The notes under the pieces were generated by a model that was given only the letters and a program-made list of their open reading frames with translations, was not told the DNA's origin and made no database searches. Below are positions 27,342 through 42,365 of a stretch of 64,000 bases of DNA, one piece after another; position 1 is the stretch's first letter; each line of letters begins with the position of its first letter. The position numbers were made by a program, and so were the translations under genes. Origin of the DNA: Blastocystis sp. Blastoise (lineage: Eukaryota > Protista > Bigyra: Opalinata); contig JBBPEB010000029.1 in assembly GCA_039096225.1 (NCBI GenBank), positions 372,001-436,000 on the forward strand, read 5' to 3'.

Positions 27342-30300
27342 ATGTCTGAGTCTAATAAAGTATATATACCAATTATATTTATACTCGTTTTGTTCAGCAA
27401 AAAATTGTTTTATTCTACAATTAATCCAAAACTATATTCATTTATTATTCTAATGACGTTTAATACTAGGATGTCAATTGTTCAGATGATGTAAGACAGA
27501 ATGATGGTGCAGATCAGTGCTTTGAAGAGCGTTCCAATTGGTTCACATGGCCAATGTATGTTATTAATATTTCTTGTCAATTCTATATGATTTAACATCT
27601 CACTAGGACTTTCTTTATGTCAAAAATTATCAGGAAAGGATACAAAAGATCACTTAATGAAAAAGATTTAGGCCAACCTAGTCATTTGGATAAACCAGAT
27701 ATACTTTATGAACGTTTTACAAAGTATTATGAAAAAGAGACAACGAAATCTAAAGAGAAACGAAGCCTTTTTATTCCCATTTTCAAAGCTACAGGTGCTA
27801 GCAAGTGGTATTTATTTTTTTATTATTAATAGTATTATAGATATGTCATACAATTGAGTTTATATTCATTTTTATCAGTATTATTTATTTATTTATAAAA
27901 ATATTATGATATAGGTTTTATTCTGTTTTTTTCTTTATAATAACCATTGGACTTGCTTATATACCTACATTAATATTAAAGGAATTAGTAACTGATTTAG
28001 AAACAACTAATGAGGATTCTTATTTAGACGATCAAACACGATGGCTTTATTGTATTTTATTATTAATATCTCCTATTGTATCTGCGTATTTAACTGCTAT
28101 TTCTAACATGATGATGGCAAGAGTAGGTGTTCATATGAAATCAATTGCTTCTGAAGCTATCTATAGAAAAGCTATTAATTTAAGTTCTACCGCAAAAGGT
28201 AAAACATCAACTGGTCAGTTAGTAAACATAATGAGTGCTGATACTAATATGTTACAAATGTTTTCAACTTTCTTTTTAATGTTTGTTAGTGCACCTATAT
28301 ATATTATTGTTACTCTTTGTATTATCGGTAATATGATTGGCTGGATTACATTAATTGCTTTAGCTATTCTTATATTTATGGTTATTATTCAAATTACTAT
28401 TAGCACCTGTGCTCGAAAATTTAAAATAAAAGCCTTACATTTTGCTGATGAACGAATTAAATTACTTAATGAAATCCTTATGGGTATATATAGATTATTA
28501 TTATTAATAGTATAATTGTTTGTTTTAGTTTTTAGATTTTCAATTATAAAATTGTAGTTTTAAATTTTAAACTATTATTATACTTATTATTATTATTATT
28601 ATATATATATATATTTATATTATATTTGTATCCTACAATAAAAGTAATAAATCTTTTTATGATATATTTATATATAGGTATTCGTATAATTAAATACTAT
28701 TGTTGGGAAAAGCCCTTTTTAAAGAAAGTCGATAAAATTCGTGAAAAGGAATTAGTTCAAGTTTGTAATATGCATATATTAATGACAATAAATGCAGAAA
28801 TACTGATACAAATAGTTCCTTATATAGTTCCTTTTGTTATATTTGCATTATATTCATCAGCAACAGGTCAATCTCTTACACCATCTATGATATTCACCTT
28901 ATTATCTTTATTTGATCTACTTCGAAATCCATTTCGTACAATTCCTTTTTGCTTATTACAATTCATTCAATTTAATGTTTCTTTGAAACGTATTAATAAT
29001 TTCTTATCATTAGATGAAGTTGATAATAATATAGTATTACATGACCTTCTATCTACATCACAAGTTGAATATATAGATGAATTCGGAAACAAACAAATTG
29101 TTGATCATTATAATTCAAATGAAGATGCTATTGTTATTCAAGATGGTTCTTTCGCTTGGGGTGATGGAGATAATGTCTTAAAAGATATTAATTTAAAGGT
29201 ATTTATTTAGTTTTTTTTGTAAATACATATTTTTTATCATATAAAACAATTTTTTTATTATTATTTTATTATTATTTTGTATAAAATATAATAATATAAT
29301 ATATTATAGGTTAAGAAAGGTTCATTAGTAGCTGTAGTAGGTAGAGTGGGAAGTGGTAAGACTTCATTTGTTTCTGCTCTTATTGGTGAAATGACAAAGA
29401 ATAGTGGTTGTTGTATTGTTAATGGTTCTGTTTCTTTTGCTTCTCAACAAGCTTGGATGGTCAATGATACTGTTCGAGGTAATATTTTATTTGGTAAAGA
29501 ATTCGAAGAAGAAAGATATAAACGTGCTTTACATGTATGCTGTATGGAAGATGATTTAAAGGTATTAAAAGGTGGTGAAATGTGTGAAATTGGTGAACGT
29601 GGTATTAATCTTTCTGGTGGTCAAAAAGCTAGAATTGGTTTAGCTCGTTGTGTATATAGTAATACTGATATAGTTATTATGGATGATCCTATTGCTGCTG
29701 TTGATGCTCATGTTGGTAAATATTTATTTAATAAATGTATTAAAACTGAACTAAATGGAAAGACTCGTATTCTTGTTACCAATGCTCTTCAATACTTACC
29801 TAAATGTGATTATATTGTATTATTAGGTGATAATACTATAGAAGCTCAAGGTACTTGGGAAGAATTGAAAGCTATGAATATTAATATATTAGATGAAATA
29901 GAAGGACATGGAAATCGTTCCAGTGATGGAACTTCTAATAGAGCAAGTATTCACCAAAATGAGAAAGAAGATAAAAAGAAAGATGAACATTCTAATGAAG
30001 GAAAACTAGTCGAAAAAGAAGAACAAGAAAAAGGAAAGATACCTTTTTCTGTATATAATTATTATTTCAAACGATTTAGTTGGGCTCTTATTGTAATAAT
30101 GCTTCTATGTTTATTTATTGGTCAGTTTTTAACTGTATATTCTAATTTTTGGCTTTCTAATTGGTCAGAAGACCCATCTTGTCTCAATAATACTACTGAT
30201 TCTTCTCTAGTCAGTAATACTACTACAATAATTACTGATATATGTACATCTTCAACTCAACATTATCTTTCTATTTATGGATATATTATTATTGGTATTT

Positions 30301-31883
30301 GTCTTTCTTTTATTATTGTTGTTGTTTGTAATGTTCCTGGTAGAATTAGAGCCAGTTTCCGTATTCATAAAGATTTAGCTACTGTTATTGTTTCTGCACC
30401 TGTTGCTTTCCATGATATTACTCCTATTGGTAGAGTATTAAATAGATTTAATAAAGATATGGATATGATCGATAATATGCTTGCTCAAACTATTATGCAA
30501 GTATTACAACAATTTTTTGTTGTATTAGGATATGTTATTCAAGTGTCTATTACTACTACTGGTATTATGATTCCTCTTTTAATTATTATTATCTTTATTT
30601 TCTTTATGTTTCAGTCCTATTTTATGAGAGCTAATACGGATGTTCAAAGACTCGAATCTGTTTCTCGTTCTCCTATATTCGAAGATTTTCAAGCTGTTCT
30701 TTCTGGTGCCCCTACTATTCGTGCTTATGGTCATCAAGAACGTTTTGTAAAACGTGTTGAAAATAGAATTTCTCTTAATAATCATCGTCTACTTATATAT
30801 CAATATTGTTCTTGTTGGTTGACTTTTAGAACAGATATATTAGTTGCTTTTGTAGCTTTCTTTGTAGTTCTTCTTTCAAATAGTTTAAAAGGATTTATTT
30901 CAGCAGGCGCTTTAGGTATTGCTTTAAATGCTTCTTATGGTATGGGAAATACATTAAAACAATGGACAAAGTTTATTGCTCAATTAGAAGCTAATATGAA
31001 TAGTGTTGAAAGAGTTAAGTATTATATAGATACAGTAGAACCTGAATCAAATATGATACTAGAAGATCATAGACCTCCTGAAAATTGGCCTACTGAAGGT
31101 GCTATTAAATTTGATAACTTTGAAATGAGATATAGAAATGGTCCTAAAGTATTAAAAGGTGTGAATATGGATATTCATCCTATGGAGAAAGTAGGTGTTG
31201 TAGGTAGAACAGGTGCAGGTAAAAGTAGTCTTATGGTAGGTTTATTTAGAATAAGTGAATGTTGTGGAGGTGCTATATATATGGATAATATTAAATTAGA
31301 AGATATTGGTTTAGAAGATGTTCGTCGTCATTTATGTATTATTCCTCAAGATCCTGTATTATTTAGTGCTTCTGTTCGTTTTAATTTAGATCCTTTTAAT
31401 GAATCAAGTGATGAAGAGATTTGGAGAGTATTAGAAGAAGTAGAATTAAAAGAAGCTATTGATGCTTTACCTGGTAAATTAGATGGTGATGTTCATGAAG
31501 GAGGTAGTAATTTCTCTGTTGGTCAACGTCAACTTATATGTATGGCTAGAGCTTTATTAAAGAGACCTAAGGTATTAATTATGGATGAAGCTACTGCTTC
31601 TTTAGATAATGAAACTGATGGATTCTTACAAACTATGATTCGTAAACAATTTATTAATTGTACTGTATTAACTATTGCTCATCGTTTGAATACTATTATG
31701 GATAGTGACAGAGTCTGTGTCATGGATCAAGGTATTGTCGCTGAATTTGATACTCCTCTTAATCTATTAAATAATCCTAATAGTATATTCAGTGGTATGG
31801 TAGTAGCTGCTAATGATCCTAATCTTTATACTATGGTTAAAGGATATATACCTAATAATACAGAAAAGACAAAGCCTATATAA
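27342..31883 (+). CDS. ABCC/MRP-family full-size ABC transporter, 5 introns
   Basis: TMD-NBD-TMD-NBD layout. Walker A GRVGSGKTS and GRTGAGKSS, signatures LSGGQKARI and FSVGQRQL, plus IAHRL. Confidence 0.96.
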
Positions 31884-32364
31884 ATAAATGAATTTCTTTA
31901 TAATATTCAATATATATATTATATATATTATAATTATAGAGTATACTCTATATTTTTTTCTGTTTTTATTATTAAATCATATTAATTATATTATATATAT
32001 ATATATATATATTCTTATCTTTCTGGAAATTGTTTTAGTTGCTGTGATAGATCAATATATCTATCTTATATATTTTATGGATATGTTTTCAAATAATTGT
32101 TGTCTTTTACATATTTTTTTATAAATACATAATTGATTCTTGTAGTTATTATTTTTTGGAAAACATAAGACAAAACTATAATTATTAAAGAGAAAAGAAC
32201 TCAAGTGAAAAAATCAAAAAGATGTGATGAAACAGATATTGAGTATAATAAACCACAAGAAAAAACATATTTATATGAATACAATAAAAAGGAGAAATAG
32301 ATATAGTATATATAAAAGGAATACATGAATATAATGAATAGATATATATAAGATACTATATTGT

Positions 32365-34134
32365 TTATTCATCAGCATCCACAATACCTTGGTCACTAAT
32401 ACCGAAAGTAGCTTCTGCTTCAGGTAAGCAGGGACTATCTACTACTTTACATATACGACATATACCACGACCTTTACGCATCTTCAGTCTAGTATAAGGA
32501 GAATAAGAAGTAAATATATATAGATGTAAATATATAGATATATAGATGTAAATATATAGATATATATATAGATGTAAATATATAGATATATATATAGATG
32601 TAAATATAATAATATATATATAGATGTAAATATATAGATATATATATAGATGTAAATATAATAACATATATATATAAGGAGAATTATATTGATAAAAATA
32701 GATAATATTTTTATAATAATGCAATATAATATAGAACAAATCAAATGATAGAAATAAATATAAATATGACTATAGCTATAATATATCCTATAAAATAACA
32801 CTTATATATAATAAATATCAACTATATATATATATACCTAGTTGTAGAAGCATGTGCTATAATATTACCACCAATAGGTTTCAAAGGATCTTTAGCGAAC
32901 ATTCCGCTATCTGGATTGGCTACTACTTGATTGGTAATCACAACAGCTACCCCATATTCATCAGCTAAACGCTGAAGCTGTCTTAAAAATTGGGCAAGTG
33001 ATTGTTGTCTATTAGATAATTCTCCTCTTCCTGTATAATCAGTTCTAAATAATGCTGTTGCAGAATCTACTATAATCAACGAATATCTATATATATTTAT
33101 ATATTTATTATAAGATTTTTACAATAATATATATATATATATTTATAAAATAAAAACTTAATATATATATATATATATATATATATACTTCGATTCGGCC
33201 ATCATAGCGGACGCTTGAATAAGTAATTGTATTTGATGATCACTATTATAAGCACGTGCGCATGCAACGTTATCCAATACATCTTCTCCATTTAAATTAA
33301 ATCGTTCGGCTATTTGTACTAATCTTTCAGGACGAAATGTACCTTCAGTATCAATATATCTATATAAAAAATAGAAATTTATATTATATAAAATAATTAT
33401 TAAATAATGTATTTAATTTTTTATATACAGTAATATATATATATATGTATGAAGTATTATATATATATATATATATATACAATGCTTTTCCTTCTGCACC
33501 TCCTTGGTCAATAGGTAATTGACTGATTACACATAATGTATGACACAACTGAGTTTTACCTGTACGAAACTCACCATATATTTCAGTAATAGATCCAGTC
33601 TCCATACCACCTATAATAAGTATTATAATAATAAATAAATAATAATATAATAAAGATAATAAAAATATAATAAATAAATAATAATATAATAAAGATAATA
33701 AATAGAATAAAGAAAAAAAATACCTCCTAAGACTTTATCAAGTTCCTTACTACCAGTTGAAATGTGTATAATATCTTCTCTTTGTTTGTTAATCTCTGTT
33801 GCCTATATTATATATTATTTATTAATTTCAAAAAATATCAAAGATTATAATTATGGTGGTAAAAATAAATGTTAATAAATACAGTCTGGAAGCCCATAGG
33901 AATAAGTTTAGAAGCAACTTGTTGAATCTTTTGAGCTTTTGCTTCACTAATACCTTTTACATCTATCAATTTTTTCATTGTGGCATAAGCAACAGATTCA
34001 ACAGTGAAATAGCCTGCTTCTTGAAGTTTTTTAATATCGGTAGAATTAATACCTTGTCCTTCAAGTTTCTCGATAAGCATAGGACCACTTTCACCTTCTT
34101 CCATTTCAGTAGTTTCTTCTTGAGTTCTCTGCAT
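32365..34134 (-). CDS. RAD51: Recombinase RAD51, 5 GT-AG introns
   Basis: [72 protein letters not shown]. Confidence 0.95.
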
Positions 34135-34210
34135 ATTGATTGTTAATGTGTTTAAATATATAAATAGTTATTTTAAACTTATTTGAAGATCGTATGGAAG
34201 CAATATAAAA

Positions 34211-34300
34211 TCGCGCCAAAATAAAATAAAATGTTTTTTTATATTTTTATAAAAAGGACAGTTTCATTTTACAAGTTGGAATAAAAAGTGAAATGATTGG
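34211..34300. promoter_or_regulatory. E2F-type site (TTTTGGCGCGA on minus strand, 34211-34221) and CCAAT box (34295-34300) in the RAD51/TAF7 divergent promoter
   Basis: Exact TTTGGCGC match about 77 bp upstream of the RAD51 ATG in very AT-rich DNA, plus gattgg nearby. Confidence 0.5.
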
Positions 34301-34559
34301 CTTATTCAATTGACTGAAACAACGTTTCTCTACCGTATCGGTATTTGCGATAATTCTAATAATTCTGCGCTATAAGTACTGTTTCTCATAACTTTTTATT
34401 TTGTATGATGGCTGAAATACTTATTCAGATGACTGAGCTATTTAGGTTTATTGAGTTTGATTCTCGTAATTATTTCCAAAAACATAGGTAAAAAAACGAA
34501 ATAAACACAATACTTCAAAATAAAATTCAATTATTAATATATCTTACACAACTAAGTTG

Positions 34560-35273
34560 ATGAGTGATTATAAACCTTATAAAGAAAGAGTGTCAATCTT
34601 TCGTTTACCAGAAGAACTTGTGGGTCCTGTTGACGAAGCACTTGAGAATGATTCTTCTTCTGTGAATATAGAAATTTGCTCTTATGATCCCAAACAAGAT
34701 AAATATAGAAAAGCATTCTTTTATTTTCAAAATCACAAGTTTCCAGCTATTATATATAATCTTCCAAGAAATGTAGAAACATACAAAACAATAGATAAAA
34801 CTCAATTTTATAAAACAAATGATATTTCTCAAATTATTGGTATTTGGGTTTATTTTTTTTTTTTCTAGATATAAAAAATATTTAAAAAAATATATATATA
34901 GTTATTCATTCATTAATATATATATATATAGAAGTCTTTATGAAAGAAAGTGATATAGATGAAAAAATGAAAAAATTTGACTATAATAATGGCTTAACAC
35001 CTCCAACTCATGTATATTTATATATATATATTATTATCTACTATTTTTTTTTTCTTTTTAATTTTTTTTTTTTTTTTTTTTTTGTTGTTTTTTTTTTATT
35101 ACTTTGATTTGTATTACTTACATATATATATATCATATAGGGTGCATTAAAATCATTGAATACAGCAGAACAATCTTTACAGAAATATCCAAAAGAAGAA
35201 GTATATATTATTATATTTTTTATATTACATTTTTAATATATTGAATATTATTCTATAATAATAATATATAAAA

Positions 35274-35318
<45 letters not shown>

Positions 35319-35479
35319 ATATATAGGTAAAACAGATGGAAGATTTATTGATTCGTGGTAAAGATAATACTGTTTGTAGTACTATTGTTATGGAAGATTT
35401 AATTGAAGAAGAAGAATGTATGCAAAATTGGGGAGAGACACAAAGCTTTCTATTTGAAGATGAATCTACAAAAAAGTAA
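34560..35479 (+). CDS. TAF7: TFIID subunit TAF7-like (TAFII55 N-terminal domain), 3 introns
   Basis: IFRLP...FPAIIYNLPRNVETYKTIDKTQFYKTNDISQII...NGLTPPT. Confidence 0.85.
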
Positions 35480-35888
35480 TTTGATGAAATAATAATAAAA
35501 GAAAATACAAAAATTAGTTTCAAAAGAAATATTGTGATTCTTGTTGTATTACATAATATCTAGAAATATAATGCATGATTTGATTTTTTTTTTCTTTTTT
35601 GCCATATGAGATTGATTCTATCATCATTATTTATGATAGAAATAAAAGCAAATTCTAATTCAAATATATTTTTATTTTAATTCTATTTCTTTCTCAATTC
35701 ACATTAAATACTTTGAGACATTTAGAATCAACAAAAATACACTCTACATAATTCTATATATATATTTAATGAAGAAAAACACAATAATGGAAAAACGATA
35801 AAAATCCCTGAAAACATAATAAAATACATGGGAAAACGAGAAATCTTTAAAAAGAGTTTCTTCATATAAATTCGTAGAAAACGTTAGA

Positions 35889-36460
35889 ATGTCTAAGCCT
35901 ATTCGTTTTGTCATCGTAGGAGATGAGATGCCATTGATTTCTGTTGGCCTTGCATCCGATAATGATAAGGGAGCTGATATCAGTCCTCATTTAAGTGAAT
36001 TCTTAATTCATGCATCCTTAGATATGATCAGTGATGCTGAAGATAATACGCCAACAAATTATTTAGGTATAATAGATAAAGTGAATAATCTATGCGTCAG
36101 CGCATTTATTACACCAGGAAGTATGATTTTTATCTTAATGACCTTTTTATTTTTTCTTTTTATTATATATATTTTATATATTGTTATTATTATTATTATT
36201 ATGTTTTTTTTTCCTAAGGTCATTTATGTTAATCATATTTAATGATATTAACTTATGTTTTTCTATTTCATTCTCTAGATCGTAAGTTTATGCTATTACA
36301 TAAAGATCCAAGTGATGACAGTATACGACTATTTTTCAATGAAGTTTATGATTATTATGTTAGAGCTATTATGAATCCATTTTATAAACATAATGGTTTA
36401 ATTCATTCTGTAGAATTTGAACGTAAAATAAGAGAAATAGCTGATAAATACCTTCGATAA
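35889..36460 (+). CDS. TRAPPC2: TRAPP complex subunit 2 (sedlin family), 1 intron
   Basis: FLIHASLDMI, YLGIID, VSAFIT, KFMLLH, FFNEVYDYYVRAIMNPFY. Confidence 0.9.
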
Positions 36461-37906
36461 AATAAAAACATAAAATAACTAAACACTATATATGGATAAC
36501 AATAACACTATGATTTTATTTTGTTTTTTGATAATAAGAGATTTATATATAAATACGTTGTTGATAATAAGAATACTAGAAATATAATTATATGGAAGAT
36601 TATTTAAAAAACATATATGATATACTTCATAAAAATAAGTTTAATTAGACACACATAGAGATGATAAAAAAAATAACATATACAAGTCAAAAAGAAAATA
36701 ATTAACTTATATATATTAGGCCAATAATAAAGATGTAATAATGGAATTAATAATCAGATTAATAATAAAATTTTATATTTATTTTTTAGAAAAAGATGAT
36801 ATAAATGCAGTTAAAAATAAGAGATAGCAAAAAGTCAAAAAAAAGAAATACTATAAGATATATCTGCAAAGACAATTAAAAAATATTTAATATTTACCAA
36901 ATGAATAGAAAAAGGGAAGTTATAAAGAAAAAGGAATCAAAGATATTTAATTATATATATATATTCAAAAGAACAGTTATTATTTAAAGGATAAAGAGAA
37001 AGACAGCTAAATTAATAATGATAAAAAAATGAATTTAATAGTCTATTAAATAAAAGGAATATATGATAAGAGCCATAGAATAAAGAATATGAGCAGAAAA
37101 AGCGAACACATCAAAAGAAGCAAATATAATAAGAAAAAGAAAAGAAATATATAGAAGAAGAGAGAATAACTACATAAAGAGAATAGACTGGGAAGTTAGT
37201 TTAAAAATAGAAAAACCAAAATGATAAATATATGATTTGATCAATAGAGAAGAATTGATATTTAATATGAATAAATAAGATATATATATAATATTCAAGA
37301 TTAAAAGAATAGATACAATAAATATATAGATAATAAGAATATATATAACCATAGATAAATAAAATAATTCTATCATAATAATTAAGATAGAATTCAGAAT
37401 AAGAATGAAGAGGAAAGAATAATATTATATAAAGAAAGGAGTTTTATAAATTGATAAGATAAAGACATTGATATAAGAGACATATAAAATAAAAAGTTAT
37501 ATATATAATAAAGATATGTTATGTAATAATAATACAGGTTATTCAACAATAAACTCAAATATTAGTAACATATACATATCCGATAATGAGTAAAAAATGT
37601 ATATAGATGAATTAACTAAGAAAAAGAGAACTAGAAATAAATGCAATATATATTTAGAGATATATATTATAGAAAAACCAAAACTATATAAAGAGATATA
37701 CAAATATTTTTTAAATGAGATAAATAAATATTTGCATTCAATAATATAAGAAAAATGTACAAATAATCAACATAAAACTATTATTGATATTATTTGTACA
37801 ATCAAAAGTATATATATATTATGTGTAGATATATATAATATTTATATATGTTATATATATAGTAAACATATATAGTATATATATGTTAAATATATATAAA
37901 AAAATG

Positions 37907-40900
37907 CTATAGATCTTCATAAGGAGAAAAGACAGCGTTATTTTCATAAGGATCAATAATTTCAACGGGAATATAAGGGCTTCTATAACGTGGAGTATTT
38001 AAATAATATTCACGGGAATCATTGAATTTTGACTGCTTATAAAAATCAACACTTTGATTCTTAGGAAGGGGAGAACTATATATATATATAGAATATATTA
38101 TACGATATAAATTGTTATTAATATATATATATATATATATATATATACAGGCGAGATTTGTTAGTAGAATATGTTTTTGTACATTTAGAAAGAGAGAAGG
38201 AAGGATGTAAATTCTTATAATACTGTTTATTCACATTATATTTAGCATCATAGCTATTTAAAAGATCATTAGAACACGTACTTTCTTGAGAATCTATTGG
38301 TTGAACATGATTGTGTCTCATAGCAGTAGTATTATAATTCACTTTTGGCTTATAAGTAGACGTATTTTCAGAAACTGAAGAGTTCGAATAATGACGTGTA
38401 GATACCACTATATATATATATATATATATAATGTATATTATATATAATGTATATTATATATATATACTGTTAGAAGAACATAAGACAGGAGTTGATGATG
38501 AACGATAACGACTTGGATCCGAAGATTCTATATATATACATAATAATGATATACATAAATATATTATACATAATAAATATTATATAATAAATATAAATAT
38601 AATATAATATAATATATATAATAAAAAAATAAATATAATAAATATAATAAATATAATATATACCTGTTTGACTAGTGTGTTTAGCTGACATACTCTTACG
38701 AATCGAAGGAATTGAGGGAGAAGGAGAAATAGAATGAGAAGACTGCACATTAGAAGGGAAAGATGCTATATATATATATATATATATATTAATATTCTTG
38801 AAAAAAATAGAATAAATAAATATATACAAGATTTAAGCAAGGATTCAAAAGGTTCAGTATTCCTATAGATTTAATAGAATAATAATAAATAGTATATATG
38901 TATATACAATGAATAAGAATTAGATTCTATAACGGATTCTGAGATGACATCTATATATATAATATAATATAATATAATATATATAATATAATATAATATA
39001 ATATAATATAATATAATATAATATAATATAATATAATATAATATAATATAATATAATATAATATAATATAATATAATATAATATAATATAATATAATATA
39101 ATATAATATAATATAATATAATATAATATAATATAATATAATATAATATAATATAATATAATATAATATAATATAATATAATATAATATAATATAATATA
39201 ATATAATATAATATAATATAATATAATATAATATAATATAATATAATAAAAGTAATATAATAAAAAATAATAAAATATAATATAATATAAATTATATTAA
39301 ATATAATATAATATAATATAATATAATAATAAAACAAATATCTATATATACTTTCAGGAGACAAACAATTGATATTATTAGATAGAGGATATCGTTTATA
39401 AACATCGGAAGTAGATAAAAAGCTGATGGGAGTTTTTGAAGAATAAAGTTCTTCTTCATCATTCGAATCATCTTCTATAGGAGTAATAGACATTGATTTT
39501 CCATCTTCAATAAAAGATTTTGGATATGATTTATTATTAAGAGAAACAGTAATAATAATATGTTCATGAGATTTAGATTCTTTATTCTGTAATAAATTTG
39601 TTGGAGTAACATTCTTTGAGGATAACTGACTAGAGGAATAACAACGATTTTCAACAGAAGTTGTATCTATACTCTCATATTTACTTGGACTTTTAGAATG
39701 AATAACAGTAATATTATTATTATTAATATTCTCAAGTGAAGTCATAGAAATATCATTAGAAATATCATTAGAAATATCATTAGAAATATCATTAGAAATA
39801 TCATTAGAAATATCATTAGAAATATCATTAGAAATATCATTAGAAATATCATTAGAAATATCATTAGAAATATCATTAGAAATATCATTAGAAATATCAT
39901 TAGAAATATCATTAGAAATATCATTTGAAACACCATTAGAAATATCTAATGAATTATCTACATTTGAGTCAGTATTATTAGATATAATATCCTTATCTGA
40001 TTGAATAGATTGATTTGATATTACTTGTGTTAAAGAAGATGATGGTAATATAGATTCATCATCTACAGTAACAGAGCAATCGGAGAGAGATTGTTTGTTT
40101 GATATAGAGGCAGTATTATCCTCTATACTAGTTACTTTATCTAAAGAATTTCGATGAAATAATGAATTCCAGAATTGTTTAAAGGGTACCCATTTCTTCT
40201 TCGACATAGCTTCAAAATCTTTTCGTTCTTCTCTATTGACGGACTCATCAGTATAAGGAGAACGAATCGATACAGAACTATATACTTTCGATCTGTAAGA
40301 ATCATTTCGAGAAAACATTCCATTATAATAATCATTATTTAAAGGTTTTCCAGTATAACTACGAAGTTTTTGAATTCGTTTACTATCAGATTTATATCGT
40401 TTTCCATCAGAAACGGTTGACACACTAGATCTTCGAGATAAGGAACCTTTAGGTTTCATAAAGAAAAGCTTTATTCGCTTAAATATACCTATACATTATT
40501 GTATTTAGAAAAAATGCTTTTAAAAACAAAATTTTAAAAAAAGTAAAAAATAAGAATAGATGAGTTTCTTTTATAGTAAAAAAAAAGAAAAGTATTTAAT
40601 TGAGAAATAAGCTTCATATCAAATAGCATACTAAGTTTTTCATTTTCGAAGACAAATGAACTATAACGATTTCTTCGAGACATTTGTTTTCCAGTACCTT
40701 TAATAACAGTATTAGATGGTTTGTTCACATTAGTAAGGTAAATCGAAGGTGTATGTGTATATTTAGCTGGTTTTCCTTCCTATAGAGCAAGATCGATAAA
40801 AATAGAGTATTTAAAGCATATAAGTAAATCAATTATTATTATAAGAAGATGAGATGATGCTGGAGTATATATAACACTGAAAATAGCATTATATATATAC

Positions 40901-41324
40901 TAAGACATTACATCGTTCTTTATAGTATTCTAACTCTCTTCTAAGACTTACAATTGTTTCCATACAAGATTCGCGCTCGAATCTCATATCATCATATTTT
41001 TGCCGGCATTCTGAGACTTCTTGAGTTAATCTATAATGAACGTTAGAAATAATCACAATAATGGAGTTATAATAGTATTAATACCTGTTCATTTTGAGTT
41101 TCAATAAATATATCTCAAAATCCTTGTCTTCAAGGCTTTCTAATAAATAAAAAAAATGTATGTATTTCCAAAGAATAAGGAATGCATAGAATAATAGGGT
41201 GAAAATTTCATCAATTACCATTGTCTTCGCCTGAGGTACTACTTGCATTTGATTGGCTAATAAAAAAATGGAAGAATTATGGGAAAAAGTACTTTGATTT
41301 GAGTTTCGCTGATGCATGCGTCAT
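37907..41324 (-). CDS. Unknown Ser-rich protein with N-terminal coiled coil and NDIS tandem repeat, about 11 GT-AG introns
   Basis: Exons join in frame from MTHASAKLKS through ETIVSLRRELEYYKERC to FSPYEDL*. No family recognised. Confidence 0.65.
38960..39248. repeat. (ATAAT)n pentanucleotide microsatellite filling an intron
   Basis: Near-perfect atata/ataat array of about 290 bp between CT(38951) and AC(39351) intron ends on the minus-strand gene. Confidence 0.92.
39746..39925 (-). repeat. 12-bp coding minisatellite x15 (Asn-Asp-Ile-Ser)
   Basis: agaaatatcatt repeated 15 times, perfect. Confidence 0.95.
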
Positions 41325-42365
41325 ATCCAACAGCCAATTATCTTGCTCAGTTTCCTATAGTAGCAAGATTGTATGAATACATTTTTTAAAGAAATACAAG
41401 TTGTTTTTGACTGTTTTGCAAAGTTGATGATATCAATGCTTTGTCCTTAAGGTTATATTCCTTGTGGGAAGTGTAATCTTTATTTTTTGAATACATATAT
41501 TAAAAAGAAAAAGTGACTGAAAAAAAATAAAAGCTCAGGAGAAATGAATATTTAGAACGACAAATATTGTCATGAAGACTCTCCTATAATTGTGAATGTA
41601 TTGCTATAGTATAGAATAGATCGTGTTAGAAACGCAAATATATTTTTTCGGGCATTGACGTGTTTCAGATACTTTATAAAAACCCTATCAATACCAAGTT
41701 TAGATGAAACAATAGCATAAAATAGTACGACGAAGCTCACAAGTGTCATGAAGAAGTCAAAATCGAGAACTGAATGCAAAACGAGTGGTATCTGGAATTT
41801 TTTGACGAGGCAATTTTGATTGGTGATTTATAATGAAACTACCAATAGAATGAATGGATTATATCGTGACATCATCAATTCTATGGAAAATGTCTAACGA
41901 AGCTAAATAAACCTATCAACTTTATCTCCATTTATCTGATGTGATCTATTTCTTAGTTATGAAGATATAGCATCTCAGAATTGATGTATATCCCCTCTTG
42001 TCAGTTCTGAGTTTGTACTTTAAAATAATCTATATACTTTTATTATGATGGAAATAATATAAAATCACACATTCATTTCGTGTAAAAAAAATAAAATATA
42101 TGAAAGATAAATAAGTTTTTTACAAAGGTTTAAAATAACAAAAGAATGGAGTAAATAAAGAATATTAATAGAAAGGAAAGAAAAGATAAACACTTATGGA
42201 ATCGATATTAGACTATCAACAATAATAATAGATAATTGTGAATTATAAAAAATCACAGTGACTTACTTGACTTTTGAATGATATAGGGTTTCCTAAAAAG
42301 GAAATGGGAACTAACAACAGTTAAATAGAAAAAAGAATCTTTTAAAAATTCATATAATTTATAAA

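Noticed and set aside
32365-34134. DMC1 assignment
   Set aside because: [27 protein letters not shown] and DSPCLPE fit RAD51 better than DMC1.
36700-37560. Hydrophobic minus-strand ORF fragments (37170-37376)
   Set aside because: Strand-biased T-rich intergenic or UTR sequence with stops in all frames, no motif and no consistent splice model.
39746-39925. Regular repeat array resembling CRISPR
   Set aside because: Perfect 12-bp tandem units with no spacers, in frame inside a eukaryotic exon.
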